A stretch of 53,238 nt of DNA, from the NCBI GenBank assembly GCA_011364905.1, contig RDNZ01000017.1, positions 1 through 53,238 on the forward strand. The letters are read 5' to 3'. Both the position numbers and the translations under genes were made by a program. Shown here one piece after another: positions 9,136 to 19,000 of this stretch (its first letter is position 1; the number at the start of each line of letters is the position of its first letter). This DNA is from Candidatus Thorarchaeota archaeon. GTDB lineage: Archaea > Asgardarchaeota > Thorarchaeia > Thorarchaeales > Thorarchaeaceae. The notes beneath the pieces are model-generated. The model had not been told where the DNA came from, did not search any database, and saw only the letters and a program-made list of their open reading frames with translations.

Positions 9136-10401
9136 ATGGAAAACCTAGAGAAAGCAGGACTTGCCGTCAACTACAACAAGGTATCCGAAACGAAGTCAAA
9201 ATTCCTGCCCAAACGAGTATTCATTTGGGATGAAACCCTGAGAGACGGTGAACAGACCCCAGGGGTTGCACTCACAATCGATGAGAAGATTGAGATAGCA
9301 AAGAAACTCGACGAGGTTGGAGCAGCAATCGTTGCTGTAGGTTTTCCAGCTGTAAGTAATGAGGAAAAGAAGGGCGTAGCTGCTATAGCAAAGGAGGGAC
9401 TCAATAGAGCCTCAGTCGCTGCGCCTGCACGCGCGGTGATTACTGATGTTGAGGCATGCATTGAAGCAGGTGTGCAAGAAACCCCCATCTTCATAGCAAC
9501 CTCGGATTTCAGGCTGAAATATCAGCTCAGAATGACTCGGGAAGAAATGCTCGAGAGACTCACAAAGTGTATTGAATTTGGAAAAGAGCACGGTCTCATC
9601 ATCGACTACATTGCAGAGGATGCAACTCGCAGTAACATGGAATTTCTGTGTCAGGCATACAGAACTGCAATTGATGCAGGGGCTGACAAGATATGTATAG
9701 CAGACACAGTCGGTTTCGTGCGACCTGAAGTAATGAGGCATATTATCAGGGAGGTCAAAGAGCATCTCTGGAGCAAGTCCAAGTACAAAGTGCCCATATC
9801 TGTTCATTGCCATGATGACTTTGGTCTTGCGACAGCTAATACCTTAGCAGCCATCGAAGAGGGTGTAACGTATCCTCAGGTATGCGTTAATGCATTCGGG
9901 GAGCGTGCTGGAAATGCAGCCTTTGAAGAAGTTGTAATGGCTTTGGAAGAGCTATATGGCATAGAAACAGGGATTGAAACAGAAAAACTCTATGCGCTCT
10001 CAAAGTTAGTCGAACGCCATTTTGTCATACCCCTGCCACTGCACAAAGCAATCAGCGGTGATAATGCATTTACTCATTCAAGTGGCATACACTCACACGG
10101 TCAACTTACTCACTCTATGACTTACGAGCCAATCAACCCAATCCTTGTCGGAAGGAGAAGAGAGTTCCATCTCGGAAAATTCGTCGGAAGGCACTTTGTT
10201 GAATATCTTCTGAAGATGGGAGGGGTGAAAGCAACACCAGAACAAGCTCGGGAGATAACAGATCGTGTCAAGCGTACTCACGAGGAGCATAAAAAAACGC
10301 AATCAAAAGCTGCCTTTGACAAAATAAAGGGCGAATTAAAAGATCTCAGGACCGGGGTCACAGAGCGTGAATTTTGGGCAATTGTCTTTGATGTGGTCTA
10401 A
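9136..10401 (+). CDS. DRE-TIM acyltransferase, homocitrate/2-isopropylmalate/citramalate synthase family (no C-terminal regulatory domain)
   Basis: DETLRDGEQTPG, IADTVG, HCHDDFGLATAN, GERAGNA and H.SGIH. Confidence 0.93.
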   Translation: MENLEKAGLAVNYNKVSETKSKFLPKRVFIWDETLRDGEQTPGVALTIDEKIEIAKKLDEVGAAIVAVGFPAVSNEEKKGVAAIAKEGLNRASVAAPARAVITDVEACIEAGVQETPIFIATSDFRLKYQLRMTREEMLERLTKCIEFGKEHGLIIDYIAEDATRSNMEFLCQAYRTAIDAGADKICIADTVGFVRPEVMRHIIREVKEHLWSKSKYKVPISVHCHDDFGLATANTLAAIEEGVTYPQVCVNAFGERAGNAAFEEVVMALEELYGIETGIETEKLYALSKLVERHFVIPLPLHKAISGDNAFTHSSGIHSHGQLTHSMTYEPINPILVGRRREFHLGKFVGRHFVEYLLKMGGVKATPEQAREITDRVKRTHEEHKKTQSKAAFDKIKGELKDLRTGVTEREFWAIVFDVV

Positions 10402-11111
10402 TTCTGTTTCAGTGATTTGCTAAGACTCCTTCGCATGAGTACACCAATGTCCATAATCATTATACCAAGTAGAAACACAACACCAAATCCGATCAAAACC
10501 CAGAGTTCCTGTGGTCCAGTCACGGGGTCCAGACCAGAGAGCCAATGACCCGCGAAGTACCGGTAGGCAATTTCTACTAGCAGAAAGACTGTTGAAACAA
10601 TAAGGGAGAGTTTAATCCCATCGCGGAAGACCTTCGTTGCCCCAGTTGCCCTCTTTGTGAAGTCACTAAGATGTGCTTCAGCAGCTTTTGATTCCACTTT
10701 TACGAAATGGCCTCTCTCAATCTGTTCCTTCACAAAATTATCTAGCTTAACGAGATCCAGCTTAGTGTGGTCAGCTTCAATGAAAGTACCTCGAATGTAT
10801 TTGAATGAGGCTCCGCCACTAAAGATGGCCAAGACAAGTATCACAATGATAAAGACGACCACCTGCCAGAAGGCAAATACTGCAAGGATGATAGCGACAA
10901 CGATGAACATGATTATCATCTCTAGGAGGCCCCCAGAGCTCTCTACACCGCCTTCAAAGAGAAAACTCAATTGCTTCATCACATTGACACTAAGCCACGT
11001 CTGATAGAAACTTTCGTCTGAGAGTTCAAGGTTCCGTTCAATAGACTCCTTCACTTCATCCCGTCTTCCCCCATAGACCGAAATCTCCATGGTTGGTCCT
11101 GACACGCTCAT
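10398..11111 (-). CDS. hypothetical membrane protein (about 4 TM)
   Basis: 237-aa ORF with strongly hydrophobic segments. Confidence 0.75.
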   Translation of the reverse strand: MSVSGPTMEISVYGGRRDEVKESIERNLELSDESFYQTWLSVNVMKQLSFLFEGGVESSGGLLEMIIMFIVVAIILAVFAFWQVVVFIIVILVLAIFSGGASFKYIRGTFIEADHTKLDLVKLDNFVKEQIERGHFVKVESKAAEAHLSDFTKRATGATKVFRDGIKLSLIVSTVFLLVEIAYRYFAGHWLSGLDPVTGPQELWVLIGFGVVFLLGIMIMDIGVLMRRSLSKSLKQN

Positions 11112-11227
11112 TCACTTCAATCTCCCAGAGCCTAACAATATCTATTGAGTAAGGTTTGATATAACAGTTCCTCATATCCAAGAACTAAACCGGTTTACTT
11201 TTCCGGAAGCACACATTGTGATAATTC

Positions 11228-11950
11228 ATGACAGACGCGTGGAGCGAGATCATGCGGGATGCTGCAGATGGAGTGTCAGGACAGTACCTCATTGAGAGAG
11301 ACGACGGAAGAATCGAAACACTCGAAGTTGGCGATTACATCAAACCATTCGAAGAATGGGATGAGCCTGAACGTCAGGCAATCAAGCATGTTAAGGGGAG
11401 AGTACTTGACATAGGGTGTGGTGCTGGAAGGGTCGCAATCTACCTCCAGGTTCTTGGATACGAGGTTGTCGGCATTGATCTTGCGCCAGGAGCTGTAGAT
11501 GCAAGCAGGAGAATGGGGCTCAAAGAAGCCTATGTCATGTCTGCAAATGACTTGACTTTCTCAAACGACATCTTCGACACCGTAGTCATGTATGGGAATA
11601 ACTTCGGAGTCGCGGGAGAAGAAGAGCATGTCCTATCGATGCTACGCGCACTTCAAAAGATCACATCACCAAACGCGGTCATTCTTGCGGGAAGTGCAAA
11701 CGCAACAAACACTGAAGTTGAGGACCATCTGAAGTATCACCAGATGAACCGGGATAGGAACAGACCGCCAGGACTTGTACGAATCAGAGTGAAGTATAAG
11801 GACTATGTCACTGAGTGGTCAGACCTTTGGCTTGTCACCCTGGAGGAGTTGGAAGAACTGACTGAAAAGAGTGAGTGGCAAATAGATAAAATATACCAGA
11901 CCGGTAAGATTAACCAACCAGCATATGTTGCAGTTCTCTCGAAGAGGTGA
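11228..11950 (+). CDS. class I SAM-dependent methyltransferase
   Basis: VLDIGCGAGR, VVGID and FDTVVMYGNNFG. Confidence 0.93.
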   Translation: MTDAWSEIMRDAADGVSGQYLIERDDGRIETLEVGDYIKPFEEWDEPERQAIKHVKGRVLDIGCGAGRVAIYLQVLGYEVVGIDLAPGAVDASRRMGLKEAYVMSANDLTFSNDIFDTVVMYGNNFGVAGEEEHVLSMLRALQKITSPNAVILAGSANATNTEVEDHLKYHQMNRDRNRPPGLVRIRVKYKDYVTEWSDLWLVTLEELEELTEKSEWQIDKIYQTGKINQPAYVAVLSKR

Positions 11951-12486
11951 ACATCATAACAATCTACGAGCTTGGAGGAAAGAAACCAGAGATTGCATCG
12001 ACTGCTTATGTTCATCCACAGGCGTCGGTCATAGGAGATGTGAAGATCGGAGAACGAGTCTTTGTCGCCCCCATGGCTTCAATTCGGGGAGATCGCGGCA
12101 GAATTGAGATTGGTGACGAAACGAATGTGCAGGATGGAGCTATCATCCACTCGGACCAAGCTTTTGTGACTAAGATAGGCCAGCGGGTCAACATCGGGCA
12201 CAATGCAACTATCCATGCAGAATGCATTGAGGATAATGCTGCTATTGGAATGGGTGCAGTCCTGATGATTGGAAGCAAAGTCGCCAGAGGAGTAATGATT
12301 GCGAACTCCGCCCTCCTTCATAACAAGACAGTAACTGAGCCAAACAAGATCTATGCTGGAATCCCAGCGAAGTATCTACGCGACATCGACCCTGGAAGCG
12401 ATGCACGAAAGGCCATAGACAGGTATCTGGAAGACTATATCGAAAGCATTGAGGACTATCGGGAGAACCTTCGAGAAACTGCTTGA
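11947..12486 (+). CDS. gamma-carbonic anhydrase-like (YrdA/PaaY) hexapeptide-repeat protein
   Basis: IGDVKIG, RGD, NVQDGAIIH and IGHNATIH (three metal His). GTGA overlap with the methyltransferase. Confidence 0.92.
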   Translation: MNIITIYELGGKKPEIASTAYVHPQASVIGDVKIGERVFVAPMASIRGDRGRIEIGDETNVQDGAIIHSDQAFVTKIGQRVNIGHNATIHAECIEDNAAIGMGAVLMIGSKVARGVMIANSALLHNKTVTEPNKIYAGIPAKYLRDIDPGSDARKAIDRYLEDYIESIEDYRENLRETA

Positions 12487-12539
12487 TTTAGATTCGACAG
12501 ACCCATAGCTTTTTACGCGTCATTAATTATAGTTAAATT

Positions 12540-12815
12540 ATGGACGATATTATAGAGGGAAAAATTGTCGCTTCGAACATGGGTGAGTTCTCGAAGAAGC
12601 GAATTATGTATGGATTTCTTGGAATCGAAACATCAGACAAGAAGCACTTCAAGGTCAAAGTCGATTCCTATACTGAGTACGAAACCCTCAAACTTGGTGA
12701 TGAGGTTGAAGTTGAAGTGCATGCCTTAGCTGGTACAGATATTCTTGTTGCCAGGAAAATTCACTTGAAATCCGGCGGAGAATCTTCGCCGGAAGAAGTC
12801 GAAGCGATGACATAG
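12540..12815 (+). CDS. small beta-rich (OB-fold-like) hypothetical protein
   Basis: 91 aa with LKLGDEVEVEV..LVARKI pattern; AT-rich TATA-like sequence upstream. Confidence 0.65.
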   Translation: MDDIIEGKIVASNMGEFSKKRIMYGFLGIETSDKKHFKVKVDSYTEYETLKLGDEVEVEVHALAGTDILVARKIHLKSGGESSPEEVEAMT

Positions 12816-13060
12816 CTGTTAAAGGCAATTGGTTGATGGAAGGACAGCGGCATACTTGTTTTCATCGCTATCTCTACGGAGAATTAAAAGAGATAGACAG
12901 CTTATTGATTCATTCGTATAAAATGAGTAGGAATCATTGGCAGTATACGTAACTATTCTGTGTGCGTCAATATGGATCATGCAATCCCGTTACAATACAC
13001 ATTATACTTTTAGCGAAAGATGTTCTATCATCAATTCATCACTGAGATGAGGAATATATC

Positions 13061-13435
13061 ATGCCAAAACTCCCGTTGCGGTACTATTGCTATGTATGCG
13101 GTCACGAGAATGACCTCGAAATGGACATTCCTCTTGCACCTGAGATCAAGCGGAGTGAGATCAAGTGCAGCAACTGCGAGGATGTCACACACCTGCTACT
13201 TACTGCATGTCCAAAGTGCCAAAGCACTTTCAGATACTATCTTTCTGATCTCGACTTCCCGGAAGAGATTATATCTCTCGCTAACGTTTATGTCAAACTC
13301 CTTGCAGGAGTTCGTGACAGTCTTAAGGATCATATCAAGGACTTCAACGTACCTGTGCCAAAGAAATGGTCTGTCAAGCTCAATTGTGAGTGCGGCGAAG
13401 AGTATACAGCAGAAATCCCCCTGCCGCAGCTATAA
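13061..13435 (+). CDS. multi-zinc-ribbon protein
   Basis: CYVC, CSNC, CPKC and CEC; GAGGA upstream of the ATG. Confidence 0.8.
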   Translation: MPKLPLRYYCYVCGHENDLEMDIPLAPEIKRSEIKCSNCEDVTHLLLTACPKCQSTFRYYLSDLDFPEEIISLANVYVKLLAGVRDSLKDHIKDFNVPVPKKWSVKLNCECGEEYTAEIPLPQL

Positions 13436-13449
13436 GACGTTTCTCCACC

Positions 13450-13890
13450 TCACTCTTGAAGAACAACATCATAATTCAGATGAACCGGGCATTTCATTGA
13501 GTTTGCAACCAGACAATACTGATGGGCTCTCTCTGCAGCCTTCATCATCCTCTTACGGTCTTTTTCAGTATCGACAATGATTGTTGCCTCGATGGTAATC
13601 TGTTCAAACTCCCATCCAAACTCGCCTTTCTGTAGTGTACCGGTTCCAGTCAAGTGAAAGTCTTTGAACTCACCATGGTACCTCTTAGCTGCGCCAGCCA
13701 GAGTTACACCATAACAGGACAGGGCAGATGCAACAAAGAGGTCTTCAGGAGAAATGAGTTCATTCGGACTTTCGGCCCAAAAATCAGAAGGGGTTGCCAC
13801 TTGAAAATCCGGTTTTCCTGCTACCTCAATAGTGACGATTTTACCTCGGACCCAGTTGCTTGACATACCGTAAACGTGCTCTTCTTGCAT
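13450..13890 (-). CDS. OsmC/Ohr family protein
   Basis: SPEDLFVASALSC...AHQYCLVANS two-Cys motif. The likely start is MQEEH (13890) or 13899, not 14169. Confidence 0.9.
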   Translation of the reverse strand: MQEEHVYGMSSNWVRGKIVTIEVAGKPDFQVATPSDFWAESPNELISPEDLFVASALSCYGVTLAGAAKRYHGEFKDFHLTGTGTLQKGEFGWEFEQITIEATIIVDTEKDRKRMMKAAERAHQYCLVANSMKCPVHLNYDVVLQE

Positions 13891-14072
13891 AACTGTCATG
13901 TCTTTTCGTGCGTGTTGATGTATTGAATAGCCTTTTGCTACCGGAAGCAAACAACTTCGTGCGAGTTCAGTCATACGGTGAGGCTTATTAGGAAGCATGT
14001 GCATTCCAAAAATGGTGGACAGGCGGCTGATAGGGCAACATTTTCTGTAACATGCCCTCATAACTCCCCCCC

Positions 14073-14108
14073 TCCTACCATTTGCCTTATTGGCGCTTGC
14101 CACCAACC
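14073..14108. repeat. 36-bp direct repeat, copy A
   Basis: TCCTACCATTTGCCTTATTGGCGCTTGCCACCAACC; 34/36 identical to 15865-15900. Confidence 0.9.
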
Positions 14109-14285
14109 GCATTTTAATTCCAAGAGAAGACACTGTAGGAGAAGAGGGTGAGAGTTGAATCCCCCTCACTGTGCTAAATGTTACTTACGTTTGACTATAA
14201 CCACAATCTAACGACACCTTTCAAAGCTTGAAGAGATAGAGGACACTGCAAAATATATTGCCCTTGACGTCATGAAAGGATAGTT

Positions 14286-15764
14286 CTATTTCCTTGATTC
14301 CGGTATCAGAACTTTGGCTACATCGTCAAGATATTCCATGCTTTGAGATTTTGAGATCATCCGGACTTCGGTAAGTAACTTTTCTGATTGTTTAAATTGC
14401 GCTTGTTTGTAAAGGAACTTGGCCTTCAACAATTTCAGATGGCCTTCGATTGCAGGAAGGTCATTCTTCTCAACATGTTCAATCAATCTTGCCATCCACG
14501 GACCTGAGAGATCCGTCTTCTTATCTTCATAGTCAAATGTTTCAATCTCGATGTCACAGAGATTAACCAAAGAAACGTTTACGAATGCGAGACTCATATA
14601 TCGCTCAAAAATCTCGAGTGCTCTTTCTAGGGTGAACGATGCAGCTCCATAATCACGTTGAGCTTTCTCGATAAGCCCTTCGACCATGTAGACTAGTCCA
14701 AGACGGACCTCATTGCTAGACTTCAGGATGATTTCCTTGGCCTTCATGATTACAGGTTCTGCATCATTTACATTTCCTAGGTTTGTCAAAGCCCAGGCTT
14801 CTTGGATTAGGACATATGGATCATCACTCAGTGATTCATGTCCATCATTCGTCATCAGTTCTAATGCTTTGGCTCCATCTCCCATCATATTATACAAGAA
14901 TGCAATCTTAGGTCCTCGCATATACCGGGGCCGACCCAATTCTTCAGATATCTCAAACTGTTTGACATGATACTGAACAGAGAGGTTGAACTCACCTCTT
15001 GCCATTGCTATGTGTCCCATCTCCTGGTTATAGTTGTATAACCCAGAATTCATCCCGATCTCTTCACTGATGCTTCGAAGCTTCTCGAGAGTGTTCAGTG
15101 CCTCATCAACATCTACTCTTTTTATCAGGTTCGCCTTCATAAATAGACACATCATTAAATCGTCATAGTTTTCATGTTCTTCAGCATGCTTTATTGCCAG
15201 ATCATAGAGTTTGATCGCTTCATCTATTCTACGTTCTCGTGTGAGTCTATTGGCTCTCAGTCTGTATAGACCCGAGAGATAGAAGCTGAATTCTTCATCC
15301 TCCTCTATCTTCTCTTCCAGAACATCCAATCCTTTGAAATCTGTAGCACTCTCCGGAAAACCAAGGTTGCTCTCGACGCCTAATCTCCAAGATAGATAGA
15401 CACCGCAAGCAAACCAGTCATTTGGAGCAGCTTCAATTGCCCTACTGACAGATTGCTGGACATCACTCCAGGTTACATCAAATCGTTCCTCGGAAAGAAT
15501 ACGACTGACTATGATGTCAGAAAGAGCTGAGTGCTTCCCAGCATCTTCCAGTCTATGGATGATGTGATGATTGCTTGCATTGCTTGCAAAGGAATAAGCA
15601 ACAAATATTGTCAGTTCATTCACTTCCTCGCTACAGACAACATCACAAAGTATCTCAGCAAAATCTCCCATGTCTTTAGCTTTGTCCATAGCAGACTGTA
15701 GGATGTTCCTTGTTTCCTCATCAACATGCGGGAAACATGCAGTTATCATTCCGAGAGACTTCAC
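14286..15764 (-). CDS. TPR-repeat helical protein (Thorarchaeota-type 'ITxCFPHVDEETR' paralogue family)
   Basis: TPR-like helices. The likely GTG start at 15764 has GGAGGA 6 nt upstream; the track start is 15830. The family recognition is from memory. Confidence 0.8.
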   Translation of the reverse strand: MKSLGMITACFPHVDEETRNILQSAMDKAKDMGDFAEILCDVVCSEEVNELTIFVAYSFASNASNHHIIHRLEDAGKHSALSDIIVSRILSEERFDVTWSDVQQSVSRAIEAAPNDWFACGVYLSWRLGVESNLGFPESATDFKGLDVLEEKIEEDEEFSFYLSGLYRLRANRLTRERRIDEAIKLYDLAIKHAEEHENYDDLMMCLFMKANLIKRVDVDEALNTLEKLRSISEEIGMNSGLYNYNQEMGHIAMARGEFNLSVQYHVKQFEISEELGRPRYMRGPKIAFLYNMMGDGAKALELMTNDGHESLSDDPYVLIQEAWALTNLGNVNDAEPVIMKAKEIILKSSNEVRLGLVYMVEGLIEKAQRDYGAASFTLERALEIFERYMSLAFVNVSLVNLCDIEIETFDYEDKKTDLSGPWMARLIEHVEKNDLPAIEGHLKLLKAKFLYKQAQFKQSEKLLTEVRMISKSQSMEYLDDVAKVLIPESRK

Positions 15765-15864
15765 TCTGATTCCTCCGACCGATTCTGAGCTAGTGACCCC
15801 TTTGAAACGGATTCTGCTTAATAATTCCATACGTTTCTAATAAATTGGTTCACCAATTACGACT

Positions 15865-15900
15865 TCCTACCATTTGCCTTATCGGCGCTGGCCACCAACC
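15865..15900. repeat. 36-bp direct repeat, copy B
   Basis: TCCTACCATTTGCCTTATCGGCGCTGGCCACCAACC. Confidence 0.9.
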
Positions 15901-16089
15901 TTCTGAAGATCCAGATGTCTTGCTAGTTCTCTAAAGCTAAAACAATTTCCTATTTTTATAGTTATTACATCCTAAGAATCCTAAATACACATACTGAGAA
16001 TATCACAATGATTGGATAGCCATATTGAGGCAGTTCCAACTACCCTGCACCAAATTCAGGATGTTAAGGATTCAAAGGTGATTCGAAAA

Positions 16090-19000
16090 ATGACGCCATC
16101 TTCGTCAAGATTTAGACCTACTGTAAAAGAATATGCTGGACGACACGCCTCCATTTTGAAATGGAGTTTAGTCTTAATCACGATAACTTTCCTGTTGATT
16201 TCATCTTCAGACACGGGCATGGTGCAGCCCAAGGAGGGTGATGATGTCAATCCCATAGAGTCCAGCTTTTCAACGTCATCCAATTTCATAAGAGTAAAAC
16301 TACCATATCAAGTGTATTCGATTGCTCCAGGAGTAATTCCTATAGGGTCTGGATTTGCGTATGTTCACGAAGACACAATACGTTTCAAAGACCCTGTCAA
16401 CCAATTAAACGACTCATTGTATATTGGGATGGGGGACACGTTCTATGAAACGCTGACAGGATACGACATAGATAATGACGGCTATACTGAATTTCTATTC
16501 ATCATGTTTAATTCAACCATTGCTAGTGAACGACTGATTATCGCTGATTTCGACGCGAGTTCAGTCACAAACTATGATTGTCCCGTATCTGGAGCATCTG
16601 AGATAATTTTCGGTAATTTCACGCCTGATGGGCAGACTGATGTCGCTATCTACAATATGGACGCTATTGCAAGGATTGACCTAAGTGATGGAAGTCAAAT
16701 TGGGGCACCGTACAAACCCGGTACAGAGATAAAGCGAGCTGTTGCGGGCAATTTCTCAGCAACTTCGGAAGATGAGATTGCCATTCTCAGTACAAACTGG
16801 GGGAGCGGGAGAGTCAATATTGAAACAATAAGAGGAGATGGCTCTCCAGTACTATGGATTGAGTATCCATCTATGTCCGTTGCTAGTGATATGACACTGC
16901 ACTCATGGCGGGCTGAATCGGACGATTTGGCCATCACAGTTACTAACCAGGATATTGGGACTAGTGAGCTTGTAGGGATATATGGAAATAATCTGACAGA
17001 GAGATTCATCAAAAAGATTCCAGAGTATTTTGGAGACACCTTTGCAAAAACAGGCTCTTTCAATGATGATTCTATAGATGACCTTGCAGTTATACCAACA
17101 ATGTGGCATACGGCATGGTTCTTCGATGGAGAAACTGGGATGCTAATTGGACATACAGAAGAGCAGGTGTCATCTTACTGGAGAAGAGGAGTTGCAGTAT
17201 CTGTGTTGGACTCAGATGCCTATACAGATTTGGCTGTGGAGGGTCCAAGAGGACAGTTGACTCTAATCAGAGGAAGCAATGGCAAAACAGGATATGAAGA
17301 AAACAGAATACCTGGACCATTCTATCAGGTCGTCTCCTTCGATATCAATGAAGATGGAAGAGACGATATCATTGCTCTAATGGACAGTGTTTCAATTCTA
17401 TTGAGTGACACTGAAATTCCTAATGTTAGTTTAGATCCACTATATCCAACACATCCAACCATCTATGACACCTTCATGAAGGTGGAACTTACAGCAACAG
17501 ACAACATCTATGTTGCACGTGCTACAATTTACATCAAGTCTACTACAGGCGGGGTTGCTGCACCATTCATGGCTAATGAGATGATAAGAGTCCAAAATGA
17601 CAAATTCATTTACATTACGACGGATTTGCAAGCCGGAGAATACCAATACTATGTTAAAGTGGTTGATGCTTACCTCAACACATTTTCTTATGGAAATGAA
17701 ACAAATCCAGAAATCCTTGATGTTGAAGATCACTTTGCGGATGGATACTTTTTCAACGCGACCATTGATCATGCAATGGGACATGTCTTGGCAGAGGGAA
17801 ACAACACAGCTGGTGAAGATCTAATATACGTCGTCACGGTAGAGACTTCTTCTAGGACTGCAACACTCAGAGCTTTTGCACCTAATGGAACAACCATTTC
17901 AGACTTCGTGATACCCAACACATCTTCATCTGATAGTTTCGAGGTTTATTCTGGTATGCATGATGGAGACTCGATTTTAGATCCTGTCGTCGTAAGATCC
18001 AACTACACCCATACTGTGTTCTATGTGTTTCATGGAAACGACTTGACTTCTTGGAAGAACGTGACCTACAAGGAAATTCCGATACTCGATGAGAGGGCAA
18101 TCAGCGTATTCGATGACGATAATGACGGATTTGATGAGGTTCATTATGTTCAAGGCAACTACTCCGCTCCGACTATTAGAAGAATTGAGCATGATTTTTC
18201 AGTCAGCATTAGTGATCCGCTTTCAGACAACGGTGACGTAGTAGGGATGGCATATGCCACAATTGAAGATACAGAACCCCAGATAGGCCTTCTTAGAGCC
18301 AACAATAGCGTAGACATCTATCAGGCATACAACCTCACGTTACTAAAAACTCTGGATTATTCTTCACCGGGCTCAACGCTAGGAGATAATCCCCTGGGAA
18401 TCGTGCCTTACAATAATGCTACACATACAGGAGAACAATTCCTAGTAGCATATAGCAGCTGGTCAGGCGACACGCCCACGATTTACCTTTGCTTAATCGA
18501 TTCTCAAACATTGCAAGTAGGAAGCGCTCCATACACAGAGTTACTTGGGGATCACATCAAAGGAATATACTCCTATGATGTGGATAAAGACGACATTGAT
18601 GAACTATTCGTCTTTGAGGAGTCCGGGAATATTTCATTATGCGAGCTTGGCGAAACAACACCCAGACAATGGTCAGTGTTTGTAAGTGAGGCTTTCCCAA
18701 CAAGTGCTATTACGTTGGACTATAACGGGGACGGCGCAGAGGAGTTTATAATCTCAACATCAGATGACATGTTAACGGCGATTAGTTTCCAAGGCACTGT
18801 TGAATATCAAGCCAAAATAGGAATGATATTCAATATGGTTAAAGTGGGAAATGTCGATGTTGGTGTTGGGGAAGATATAGCAGCATTTCCAATATTTCGT
18901 GCTAGGTATAGTCTGGCAACAATCCGGGACATTGATCTCCTCTACATTCTCGATACTACTTTTGGTATAGAATCAAGCACAACTCTTCAGGGAAGCAGCG

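Noticed and set aside
13020-13580. 186-aa plus-strand ORF
   Set aside because: It overlaps the better-supported zinc-ribbon gene in another frame and the OsmC gene.
13891-14169. 93-aa N-terminal extension of the OsmC ORF in the track
   Set aside because: OsmC homology starts near MQEEH. The extension crosses the 36-bp repeat and a G-run and looks non-coding.
14073-15900. 36-bp repeats as a CRISPR array
   Set aside because: Only two copies, 1.8 kb apart, and no cas genes.
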